Origin: Bdellovibrionales bacterium RIFOXYD12_FULL_39_22
Lineage (GTDB): Bacteria; Bdellovibrionota; Bacteriovoracia; Bacteriovoracales; Bacteriovoracaceae
Assembly: GCA_001770205.1 (NCBI GenBank)
Contig: MEQL01000061.1
Coordinates: 1 to 64,000, forward strand
Direction of reading: 5' to 3'
DNA length: 64,000 nt
Both the position numbers and the translations under genes were made by a program. This document shows, in pieces, positions 1 through 9,358 of the stretch. Each line of letters begins with the position of its first letter. The first letter of the stretch is position 1. The notes under the pieces were generated by a model. It was not told the DNA's origin. It searched no databases and saw only the letters and a list, made by a program, of their open reading frames with translations.

Positions 1-286
1 AGTTCGAATGAACGAGATTCTCTTAGTGTTTTTTCTGGCCTACGTGTATGCGTAGTTTTTTTCTATCTGCTAGATACTCCGTAAGTTGGGCAATAAAAAT
101 CCTTACGATTATATTGTATACTGCCTTAAGCATAAAAAGGAGATGAAAGATAATCCAGAAAGTTTTTTCCCTTGGAACTTAGGAGATAAAGTGGCGTCCA
201 TGCCAGAACACCATCGAATGAAGTTTTGGGCCCCTCGGCCTCCAATCCTTTCTGGCCAATGATAGAGTGCAGAGGCATCGTGATGG

Positions 287-637
287 CTATCCAATTTTCT
301 TCCATGGCGCCGGCAATTTAACGCTTTTGGGATCTCCTCCCCGTAATAATAAATGAAGGTGTTCCATCATGACCTCCGCCGGAGTCTCCTTTTCCTTCCA
401 CCATTGGAAACGGCCTTGAGCAACTCTTTTAGTCACCATCACTTCTCCGTGTCCATCAAACAGGTATAACCGGATCATCGTTTTGGATAAATTAATAAAA
501 ACAAACATTCCGCCTTCTAGTGGATTTTGATTCATTTTTAGACGACATGCGGCCTCTGTTCCATTGAAGCCACTGCGAAAATCTAGCGGTTCTGTGCAGA
601 CGAAAATTTTATTTTGCATGGCAATCTGAAAAATCAT
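287..637 (-). CDS. tnpB: IS66 accessory protein TnpB
   Basis: Motifs PLDFRSGFNG, MFVFIN, LFDGHG and KRVAQGRFQW typical of IS66 TnpB. Confidence 0.9.
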   Translation of the reverse strand: MIFQIAMQNKIFVCTEPLDFRSGFNGTEAACRLKMNQNPLEGGMFVFINLSKTMIRLYLFDGHGEVMVTKRVAQGRFQWWKEKETPAEVMMEHLHLLLRGGDPKSVKLPAPWKKIG

Positions 638-1035
638 TTTATCACTCCGATAAAAGAGTTAATTATCGAAAGTAATTCTTGTTCGCCGCTAACTGCGACC
701 TCAAGTTGAAATCCCGTTGGCGATGTTAGTGTCACCAAAGATTTTCCGATTTCAGAATTTGGAAGATGATTTTTATTCATTTTAGGTAGCTCTTGAATAA
801 TAATAGGCCTGCTATTATTTGGAACTTTTCCCATTTCCTTCTTGGCAGTTAATAGAAGCCACTTTGAAATCAAGCTACGAGGCACTCTGGTTTGTTTGGC
901 GATGGGTGTTGGCCCATATTTAATAGAAGCTGCGCAAATTTTATCTATTAATGGTTGTGGGTAGCGTCTTTTTTTTGAACTACCATAGGTAGGACATTTT
1001 AAAACATCATTGGTCAACTGCTCTAATTCTGTCAC
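634..1035 (-). CDS. tnpA: IS66 TnpA-like HTH protein
   Basis: RRYPQPL...IAKQTRVPRSLISKW HTH, C-terminal LTSPTGFQLEV, AGGAGG RBS, directly upstream of tnpB. Confidence 0.75.
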   Translation of the reverse strand: MTELEQLTNDVLKCPTYGSSKKRRYPQPLIDKICAASIKYGPTPIAKQTRVPRSLISKWLLLTAKKEMGKVPNNSRPIIIQELPKMNKNHLPNSEIGKSLVTLTSPTGFQLEVAVSGEQELLSIINSFIGVIK

Positions 1036-1327
1036 TTGAATACCTCCTGTTGTTATTAACTAAACACAGGATGACAGAAATTATATTGCTTTTCTACGCA
1101 CAGTTACCGTAAGCAGGGACATAAAAAGATTGTCGTCGGCGTAAGATAGTCTTGATAAGAAAAAACAAAAAATTCGCTATCATTATCTGAAACAAAATTC
1201 CAGACCCTACATTTGATGTTTTATTGGCAGGTTTTGGTTAATATTTAGGTGGCTGGTTTTGCGTAATATTTTGCAGTCAGCAAGCCGATTAACTTGTTTT
1301 TTTCGAAAAACTGGAGATAATAACTCT

Positions 1328-1768
1328 ATGACTTTAAATGATATTTCAGTTCAAATTAGTGAGACAATTCCCAAAATCGAAAAAGCACTAAAACATTTAG
1401 AGTACAGCTTCCGTAAAATTTCAAAATTTCCAGTCAGGTTTGATATAGAAGATTTAGAAATCCTAGAATCATTTGAATCTTTCACGTCTAGATTCTCAAG
1501 ACTAAGCGATATTTTCTCCGCAAAGCTTTTAAGATCGCTCATCTTAAAAGGAGATCCATCATTCAAAGGCAGTTTATCCGATTTTTTAAATGAGTCGGAA
1601 AAGCTAGGTTATATTTCAGATTCAAAAAGATGGTGGGCAATTCGAGCTCTTCGCAACAAAGAGGCCCATGAATATACTGACGAAGATTTAAGGAAATATT
1701 TTGAGGCCATAAAAGCAGAATCAATCTTTGTTGTTTCTGAAACGAAAGCACTTCTTAAAAAACTATGA
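1328..1768 (+). CDS. HEPN-domain RNase toxin (HepT-like)
   Basis: RX4HXY motif RNKEAHEY; stop overlaps MNT start (ATGA); start placed at ATG 1328 after GGAG. Confidence 0.85.
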   Translation: MTLNDISVQISETIPKIEKALKHLEYSFRKISKFPVRFDIEDLEILESFESFTSRFSRLSDIFSAKLLRSLILKGDPSFKGSLSDFLNESEKLGYISDSKRWWAIRALRNKEAHEYTDEDLRKYFEAIKAESIFVVSETKALLKKL

Positions 1769-2076
1769 GAATATCCGAAAAAGAAAAAAATATTATTCTA
1801 TCTACACTAAATTCATTCCATCATAAAGATGTACCCAATACTAAAATATTTCTACACGGAAGTAGAATTGATGATAACTTGAAAGGTGGCGATATCGATC
1901 TATTTTGGATAATTGATGATCAATATTATGAGAACACAGTTAGCAAAAAGCATTATATCGTTTCCGATTTATCCTTGAAACTTAATGAGCAGAGAGTTGA
2001 CCTAACTATTATTAAAATGTCTGACAAAAATGGGCACAGCTTTTTTAATAATTCACAAAAATTAGAGCTCTCATAG
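1765..2076 (+). CDS. Minimal nucleotidyltransferase antitoxin (MntA-like)
   Basis: HGSRIDDNLKGGDIDL motif plus RVDL third Asp; 103 aa. Confidence 0.9.
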   Translation: MRISEKEKNIILSTLNSFHHKDVPNTKIFLHGSRIDDNLKGGDIDLFWIIDDQYYENTVSKKHYIVSDLSLKLNEQRVDLTIIKMSDKNGHSFFNNSQKLELS

Positions 2077-2313
2077 TCTGAGTCAGCCAAAATCCACTAA
2101 TCAAAATCTTCTATCTATATCTTTATTCTTTTTTTCTTCCCTATCGAGTCTAGCTTTTTTCTGTCCCTCGAGCAGTTTAATTTTGTTTGTGCAACAATTA
2201 ACCGAGCCCAGCACTCAGGTGATGAATAAGCACATCAGCTCTGGGACAATATCTTATAATCGACGATAATTACCTCTTTTTTTACCTGTTTTAAGCATGT
2301 TAACTGTTTTTCA

Positions 2314-2342
2314 TTGACAATGGTGTCACACCAGTGTAACAT
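2314..2342 (+). promoter_or_regulatory. Sigma-70 promoter with palindromic operator for the RelBE-type pair
   Basis: TTGACA-17 bp-TAACAT; the spacer contains the perfect inverted repeat TGGTGT-C-ACACCA (2321-2333). Confidence 0.75.
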
Positions 2343-2362
2343 ATTAAAAAGGGGGTTGAATT

Positions 2363-2581
2363 ATGCCTACGTTAAAAAAAAGAATTAATTTGTCTGTTGA
2401 TGATTCATTATATTCAGAGCTGGAAGAGTTACAAAAAATTAGGAAAGCACCTTCTCTATCGTCAATTGTAATTGAGCTTACCAAAGAGGCCTTAGAGCTT
2501 CAGGAGGATTTGTATTTTGCCCGTATCGCTCAAGAGAGAGAGGATGAAAAAGAGGTCTCTCATAGGGAGCTTTGGAGTTGA
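2363..2581 (+). CDS. Ribbon-helix-helix antitoxin (RelB/CopG-like)
   Basis: KRINLSV beta strand plus helices, acidic C-terminus, coupled to RelE. Confidence 0.8.
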   Translation: MPTLKKRINLSVDDSLYSELEELQKIRKAPSLSSIVIELTKEALELQEDLYFARIAQEREDEKEVSHRELWS

Positions 2582-2847
2582 GCTGGAAAATCACTTATAA
2601 AAAATCAGTAAAAAAAGATCTTAAATCTATTTCAAAAGATATTCAGTATATTATCAAGAGGGCAATAGAGGAAAAACTAATGATTGATCCAATCAAGTTT
2701 GGTCTTCCATTGCGAAGAAATTTAAAAGGATACATGAAACTTCGAGTTGGAGACTATAGAATTATATATTCGATTGATGAATCAATTGTTACAGTTCATG
2801 TTATCAAAATTGGCCATCGCAAAGACGTTTATGGGCGTATGGAGTAA
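2578..2847 (+). CDS. relE: RelE/ParE-family toxin
   Basis: KLRVGDYRIIY and IGHRKDVY motifs; TTG start at 2578 (or 2572) overlaps the antitoxin stop. Confidence 0.9.
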   Translation: MSWKITYKKSVKKDLKSISKDIQYIIKRAIEEKLMIDPIKFGLPLRRNLKGYMKLRVGDYRIIYSIDESIVTVHVIKIGHRKDVYGRME

Positions 2848-3004
2848 TTCATACGGCTAAAAAGTAAAACGGTTCTCTACACCAAGTCCCCTTCTCCAGT
2901 GGCCGGTTAAGTCCCTTCTTGTAGTATCCTTGTTCAATAGACTAATTTTTAAACAATTAGCTTGTGCAACGCCCTGGAATTTAACAGCATTACGGTGGTG
3001 AATT

Positions 3005-3020
3005 TGGCTCGCCAATTGCT
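3005..3020 (+). promoter_or_regulatory. Putative sigma-54 promoter
   Basis: TGGCTC-GCCAA-TTGCT fits the -24/-12 consensus TGGCAC-N5-TTGCW. Confidence 0.6.
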
Positions 3021-3031
3021 TTTCTAAGAAT

Positions 3032-4441
3032 ATGAAAGGTCTGACTTATATATTTCTAATCCTTATTTTAAGTATTACTACTTTCGCAAATTATGCGGAG
3101 GCGTCAAATATAAGAGAGAAGGTTTGTGAGGATCTGCAAAAGAAGAAAAAATTAAATATTAAACTTAAGCAGTGCTTTAATATTGCCAACGAATTAGGCC
3201 AACTTTTTGTAGCACATGTTGATGGATATGGAAGTGATGACCCTATTTCTCAAGGATACCTAAAGTTAGTAAAAGATTATGACGTTGGTGGAGTCATTGT
3301 GCAGGAAGGAATGGTTGATGACCTAGTAGAACTAAAAAAATCACTTGAACGACTAAAAGCAAATCAAGAAACGCCACTAATCACATCTATCGACTTTCTA
3401 TCTATTCCAAAAAATGAGAGGAAGTTTGACTCTATCTTTGTTGGCATCGGGTGGGATTCGGAAGAGGATATATTAAATTGGAGAAAACCAAATGCCTGTA
3501 TAAAAAGAAAGGCATATTTAACAGCACTATTACAAAAGATGACTGGAATTAATACGGCCCTGGGTCCAGTTGTCGAACATAAGTGGTCCAGCGATATTGG
3601 TGCAGGCGGATTGGTTGATAATACGGATCAAACGACGACAGAGATGTATTTTGATTTGAAAGATGCCTATGACGAATTAGGCGTGGAGACTACAATCAAG
3701 CATTTTCCCTTTACGCCGGAGACTTTTAATCTTCACAGGGATAATAAAGATACACATATCCCAAAAGAAAAAGTGATGAGTATGATTAAAATTTTCGGCG
3801 ATATTTCCAGTAGATCAGACATAGTCATGACGACACATATTTACAACTCAACCATTGATAAAGATAATATTGCAACATTTTCAGAAACCTGGATTAATTT
3901 GTTACGAGCCGGTGGATTTAAAGGGCTTATTATGACTGATGGCATGTTTATGCTTTCAAAACAAGATAAAGCAAAAATCTTTTTATCAGGTTGGCCGCAT
4001 GAACAAATTAAACTATCCGATTTCGATGTACTGTTTACTGCAAAGGCAATTTTGGCAGGTCACAACCTTGTGTTGTTAGAAGGCTCGTCTGGAGATTTAA
4101 AAAGAGTTTTTAGGGGAATATTGGAAATCATTGCCAGTAATACCGATGTTGGAAATAAATTAATCAATCAAATAAATACAAGCTATAAAAGCATTATGGA
4201 TTACAAAAGCAAAAAAGGAAATATTTTAAGACAGGATTTGTCTTATGACTCTAGCGTTTTTAACGCTGCTCTTGAACTATTACAAGACGACAATCTTTGT
4301 TCTAGAGATGAAGATTTTGCTAACCTTAAACATGCAGTTAAAAAATTACAAACAGAGAGCAGTATAATGGACTTTGATAGTTTAAAATCAGAAATAAAAG
4401 ATACCGGAATAATTAAGCCAATATGTTCGGACTGTTTGTAA
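3032..4441 (+). CDS. Secreted glycoside hydrolase family 3 N-terminal domain protein (NagZ-like)
   Basis: Signal peptide; LGQLF, VGGVI, PLITSID, IKHFP, IVMTTH, GFKGLIMTDGM and AILAGHNLVL motifs. Confidence 0.8.
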   Translation: MKGLTYIFLILILSITTFANYAEASNIREKVCEDLQKKKKLNIKLKQCFNIANELGQLFVAHVDGYGSDDPISQGYLKLVKDYDVGGVIVQEGMVDDLVELKKSLERLKANQETPLITSIDFLSIPKNERKFDSIFVGIGWDSEEDILNWRKPNACIKRKAYLTALLQKMTGINTALGPVVEHKWSSDIGAGGLVDNTDQTTTEMYFDLKDAYDELGVETTIKHFPFTPETFNLHRDNKDTHIPKEKVMSMIKIFGDISSRSDIVMTTHIYNSTIDKDNIATFSETWINLLRAGGFKGLIMTDGMFMLSKQDKAKIFLSGWPHEQIKLSDFDVLFTAKAILAGHNLVLLEGSSGDLKRVFRGILEIIASNTDVGNKLINQINTSYKSIMDYKSKKGNILRQDLSYDSSVFNAALELLQDDNLCSRDEDFANLKHAVKKLQTESSIMDFDSLKSEIKDTGIIKPICSDCL

Positions 4442-4765
4442 TTATAATAGATTTTCTTAAGCAAATGCTGGCCTGACCCATTAAAATTGCTCCCAAAATT
4501 ATGTATAATTCTATGCGATGGAGGAAGCGTGGCACGAAAAAGAACATGACAGACTAAATCCATTATTTACATGTTTGGCCGTGTAATAAAACTGGATGTT
4601 ATCAACTTACTTGACCATAGAATTTTCAAATATTACTTCTAATATCAGCGCCTTTAGTAATTTTTTCAATCAACACTTTAAATTATTAAGTATCAGTTTA
4701 AATTTTTGTAAAGAAGATAGCATCAACTCGTTTCAACGACCAAGTAAAAAAAAGGAGATGCTACC

Positions 4766-5107
4766 ATGTGTACTTGTGAATTTTGTAATACCGAATTTAC
4801 CCCCAGACCTCAAGTAAAAAATCCAAGAGCGTGTAATAATAACCCATGTCAAAGGCTCAGGCAGGCAGCGAATGAAAGAGAATGGCGACAGCTCAATGAT
4901 CATCTTAATTCTAAAGAGTATCACCAGATACGCCGAAATCAGCGTATTGATAAGATAAAAAAAATAAATGCAGTGGTTATAAAATCGTTGTCTATTGGTG
5001 CCGAATTTCTTGGATTACCTATCGACGTTAAAGTTTTTTGCGGTCATTTTGAACACCATTTTTTTAGAACTTGGGCTGAGGAAAATAAACAAGTTCTGGA
5101 CTGTTGA
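4766..5107 (+). CDS. Zn-finger-like mobile-element accessory protein
   Basis: CEFC-x-FTPRPQV-x-ACNNNPCQ; AGGAG RBS; may extend to 5150 if the T7 run at 5059-5065 carries an indel. Confidence 0.6.
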   Translation: MCTCEFCNTEFTPRPQVKNPRACNNNPCQRLRQAANEREWRQLNDHLNSKEYHQIRRNQRIDKIKKINAVVIKSLSIGAEFLGLPIDVKVFCGHFEHHFFRTWAEENKQVLDC

Positions 5108-5227
5108 CTTACTTTATAATTTTGAACAGTTAGAACTATCTCATTTGTAATATTTTCTACAATCAAGCTCATCGCTCTTTAAAATTATCTAGATTATGGT
5201 TTCTCCACCGAAAAAAAGGAGAGAGTT

Positions 5228-5332
5228 TTGAACTTTATTGATGATGACCAAATATTTATTAATATTTTAAATGGACTTCTATATCCAAGAGAAATTCCTC
5301 TCGATCTATCTGGATTGAGTGGCCTATGTTAA
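5228..5332 (+). CDS. Putative 34-aa peptide coupled to the integrase
   Basis: AGGAG RBS, TTG start, stop lies just past the integrase ATG at 5326. Confidence 0.3.
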   Translation: MNFIDDDQIFINILNGLLYPREIPLDLSGLSGLC

Positions 5333-5870
5333 AATTAGTTCAATATGAAAAAGAGACACAGAAGCTACTGGAGAGAAGGGAGTATCGTCCCGATGCTCAT
5401 ATTCATCATCAATATCTAATTGATGAGTATATCAAATCACACCGAATAAGAAATCATTCACCAAAAACTATTAAAAAAATCAGACCTTCCTTAATTCATG
5501 GTTTAAAGACCATGGGAATTATCTTCGCCCTCTTTTTGTTTGGGAGGCGATGGAAGCAGGAATTGGCCGACAGAGAATAGTGAATTATGGACAAAATTTA
5601 ATTGACCTTGATATTGCTAATCAGACAATTAGAAACTATCTAGGAATGCTGCAAGGATTTTTTTCTTTTGTACTATCCCGCCCCTATATTATGGATATTG
5701 ATAGGCCTATTAATATTGCTGATCATTACAATCGTATCGAACAACCAATTAGTGAATATGAAATTCCTACTCATGCGCTTAATAGAGAAAAAAAAGGTGT
5801 TCCACTTGATCCAGAACGAATCATTGATTTTTTAAAAATAGTTAGAGAGCATTATTTAGGAGACGGTAGA
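5326..5870 (+). pseudogene. Tyrosine recombinase N-terminal/core-binding part, frameshifted and truncated by an IS
   Basis: RNHSPKTIK and TIRNYLGMLQGFFSFV motifs; frame change at A7 5473-5479; ends at the IS left repeat. Confidence 0.75.
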
Positions 5871-7550
5871 TAGTGACCTGTCGGGTAACTTCGGTATAAT
5901 TCAGAGGATGGCATAGCATTTTTTGTCGCATACTCATTGTTATCGATCGAAAAAATATTTTAAATATTTTCCACCGAGGCCTATTCAGCTCGTTTTTTAT
6001 AGCGTAAGATTTTTTTAGATGACGAACATCAATTACTTTAAAAAACAAAAAATCATTGGAGAATCGCATGTCAACAGACAGCAGTGGTATTTATCAACAA
6101 GACCTTTTAGATTCATTGGCATCAATAACGGTAGATGTATCAACAGAGTCCCGCTATCGAATATTGAGTGGTCATCTACCATGGAGCGAGCTTGCCGATG
6201 TGGCAAACAAATATCGATCTCAAAAAATCGACATCAACAACGGTGCCAAGTTAGACCTTCGCTTACATCTAGGAATTTATATTGCCAAATCAATGAATGG
6301 TTGGACGGACAGAGAGGCAGAAGAAATGGTTCGTTACCATGTAGGAGTACGAGTTTTATGTGGAATTGCATCATCAACCAAAACGATCGATCACACAAGT
6401 ATCGAAACATTTCGCAATATGATTGGGCCAGAGGGAGCAGCAGAGATCAACAAAATAATTGTCAACTCTGCAATGAAACATGGATTTACAGGAGCGAAAT
6501 TGTGCGCTTCCGACACAACAGTGCAGGAAGTGCCGATTGCTTATCCTACGGAAGTAGGCCATATGAAAAAAATTGGAGAGGCATTGCTTGGTATTGGAAA
6601 AAAACTTCATTCGGGTTTATCAAAGAGTGCCCAAGAAATTTTTTCACGAGCAAAAGATATTTTTACAGAGATACGATTGTTTACTCGGGGCAAAAAAGAG
6701 AAGGCCAAGGAGAAGAAAAAGAAATTATCAATAAAAATGCAGAAAGAGGTCACAGCACTTTACGAATTAATTTCAACAGCAATTTCCCAATTGTCCAGCA
6801 AAAGTCGCAAGCAGTATCAGGAGAAAATAGACCTGTTTGGCAAAATGCTAAAACAGATAGACCAGTGGATAAAAACAGGGATACATCCAACAGGAAAAAT
6901 AATCAGCACTTGGCATTTAACAGCAAGAGCAATTACCAGGGATAAGGTAGCGAAGGCAACAGAGTTTGGAAGACGGTGGATCGTCACTCGTCTACAGAGA
7001 GGATACGCCATTGGCAAACAATGTATCAAAATTGGAGCTGGTTCAGATGCATTGATCGCGGAAGAGATTTTGGCGAATTTTGTAGAAAATACGAACGGAG
7101 AAATTCCAAAGCAGTTTGTATTCGATCGCGGGGAGATGGGCCAGTAAATCATCAGGTGATCGAAGATTTGGGAATCAAGCAAAATTGTATTTTCCGCAAA
7201 GGCAAAGCAAAAATGGACGTTGGCCCAAGAGCATTTTCTATAGCAAAGCGCGAGCGGGCCCTGACAGAAGCAACGATTGCAACACTCAAAACATTACGAT
7301 ATGGCTTCAACAAACCAAGAGCAAAGTCAGCGGAGTGGTGTACAACCATGGGTCATCTTGCGTTTTTAGGGATGAATACGAGCAAGATATTGCGGGATTG
7401 GGCAGCAATGAAGAGCGTGGTTGCTGTATAGGTTTAACTGGCCACCTAACGAAAATATCACTATCAAGAATGCATATACTAAAATAAAAGCCTCGGCCAA
7501 ATAGGCAGTTTTTGTACATCAGATCTTTTTAAGTTACCCGACAGTCACTA
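5871..7550 (+). mobile_element. IS5-family insertion sequence
   Basis: Terminal inverted repeats TAGTGACCTGTCGGGTAACTT (5871-5891) and AAGTTACCCGACAGTCACTA (7531-7550), differing by one C; the outer TA may be the target duplication. Confidence 0.85.
6056..7431 (+). pseudogene. IS5-family DDE transposase with one frameshift
   Basis: DUF772-like WTDREAEE...IDHTSIETFR, DTTVQEVPIAYPTE, EFGR, FDRG; one more G at 7130-7133 gives DRGGDGP and joins the ERALTEATIATLK C-terminus. Confidence 0.8.
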
Positions 7551-8402
7551 AGTACTTGTGTAGCATCTGCGAATACTTATTATAGTTTTCAAAAATGGAT
7601 CTTTAAAAACTTTGGTACTGACAACATATTAAATGCTTCAAAACCAATTATCGATAATTATCTTGATAGTATTTCCTCTGATAAAAATAATGCTCATATC
7701 GTTTGCACCCTTAAAAAGTTCTATTCGTGGGCATTAAGAAAAAAGAAAATATTAATTAATCCTCTTGAAAAATCTATTGCACCTGTTCCAGATAAAACGA
7801 TGCTCATATGCACAGATGACCAAATAAATAATCTTAGCCGCTACATAAAAAGCAGTAACTCAGACCCAGAAAGAGCAATGGTTTTGGCACTTATTCTCTA
7901 CTGGGGTCTAAGCGGGCCAGAACTTAGATGCTCCACCATTGAAATTATCGATGGCCTTATTCAGATTCAGCTCTACCGTCGCAAACTCAGCTATGGCCAT
8001 AAAAATTATCAAAGAGTTGAAATATTAAAATTACCAAGTAATCCAAACTGGATAAGAGATCTTCAAAAAAGATTTATTACTCAGTGGGAAGATAAATATA
8101 AAAGGGCCCAAAAGAGTTTTCCTTGCCAACTGCTACTTCTGACAAAAAATTTAAGCTCAAATCGTCCTATTGGCGTAGAGGCCCTTAGAGTTATTATTTA
8201 TAAAGGGACTCTTGAGGCCACCAATGAAAAGATCCCGCCATCAGTTCTTCGTCGAACTTCCGGACATATTTATTCCCAGATAGGCGAAGTATCTATTTAA
8301 AGAGACCTCGGCTGGTCTCATGCACGTGCGACAGAGTTTCTTTGGAGACAGAGAAGCTATTACAGAGACACCAGGATACTCAAAATTGAAACACTACTTT
8401 AA
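7551..8402 (+). pseudogene. Second tyrosine-recombinase-like gene, 5'-truncated, with internal stop
   Basis: Frame open from the IS end (TLKKFYSWALRKKKILINP), ILYWGLSGPEL, PSVLRRT; in-frame TAA at 8298-8300, then RDLGWS to stop at 8402. Confidence 0.7.
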
Positions 8403-8787
8403 TTTTTAAAGTAACACTTAAACTCACCAAAATTTTATCTAAATTACAAAAAAGCGTTATCTCCAATGATAAAACAAGATTTTGCTTGTTTTTTTCTGTT
8501 ATATTTTTTTAAAATGAAGTTTGAACGCATATTACTGAAAGAACTGAAAGTAAAACAGTTTTATTCAAGACGTCCTTCTTAACAACTAGGGGCCCAAATG
8601 GTATCCTTATCAACCTTTGCCCTCTGTTCAAATGCGATTTTTATATCCCAGTCCGCGGAGTTGAAACTCGTTGCGAAGAAAATCATCAAAAGAGGTATTT
8701 TGCCGAGTCATATCATAAAGACTTTCAACAAACTGCTGTGGTGATTTGAAATGGTTATTAATTAACGATTGTAAGAAGATAAATCGC

Positions 8788-8838
8788 CAATCATCTTTTG
8801 TTATTCAAGATGTAAAGGATCTACTAAAAAAGCTATGA
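8788..8838 (+). pseudogene. C-terminal remnant of a HEPN toxin
   Basis: Encodes QSSFVIQDVKDLLKKL*, versus ESIFVVSETKALLKKL* in the intact HEPN; same ATGA overlap with MNT. Confidence 0.65.
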
Positions 8839-9158
8839 GATTAGTTTCATCAGAAATCGACATAATAGTAAAAATACTTTCCAAATTTTCTAACGAAAGA
8901 GACATCTACTTACACGGAAGTCGAATTGATGATGGTGCCAGAGGCGGAGATATCGATCTGTTTTTTGTTGTCGAAGATAATATTTATTCAACAATTAAAA
9001 GTTCAAAATATAAAATTGAATCGGAGCTTTCTCTGGAGTTAAATGAACAACGGATTGATCTTGCTATTATAAACAAAGCGGAAAAGAGCACTAATTCTTT
9101 TTTTCTAAATTCGAAGAAGTTGAAAGTAAGCCCACAATCCACTAGCAAGCCTTTTTAA
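8835..9158 (+). CDS. Second minimal nucleotidyltransferase (MntA-like)
   Basis: HGSRIDDGARGGDIDL; LSLELNEQRIDL shared with 1765-2076. Confidence 0.9.
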   Translation: MRLVSSEIDIIVKILSKFSNERDIYLHGSRIDDGARGGDIDLFFVVEDNIYSTIKSSKYKIESELSLELNEQRIDLAIINKAEKSTNSFFLNSKKLKVSPQSTSKPF

Positions 9159-9358
9159 AAGGCACATGGCACTTAGAGACCGGATGAGTATGTCCATCTC
9201 TTCCTCAGTCTGATTTAAAAAACCATTAAAACATTATCGCTGAAGTTGATTAATCATTGTTTTCTCTTCTGGTGCATGATACTCATGAACACATCAATCA
9301 TAACCATATCAACATCTCCGTCGAATATTCCATCCATTTCTTTGTGATCAAAAATAAC

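Larger units (their letters stand above)
1..1107 (-). mobile_element. IS66-family insertion sequence, left part (tnpA-tnpB; tnpC not in window)
   Basis: tnpA-like and tnpB ORFs overlap by 4 bp; the minus strand from 1107 reads GTAACTGTGCGTAG, matching the GTAA start of IS66 terminal repeats; no matching right end found. Confidence 0.7.

Noticed and set aside
109..294. 61-aa ORF after tnpB as possible tnpC start
   Set aside because: No TnpC-like features; stops at 109
6019..6945. 308-aa alternative-frame ORF over the IS5 transposase
   Set aside because: No recognisable motifs; shadow frame of the transposase
8630..8795. Minus-strand open stretch of about 55 codons (DDWRFIFLQ...)
   Set aside because: No convincing start or family match; may be debris
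9125..9355. Minus-strand fragments resembling an MBL-hydrolase start (LLVDCG)
   Set aside because: Too short and interrupted to support
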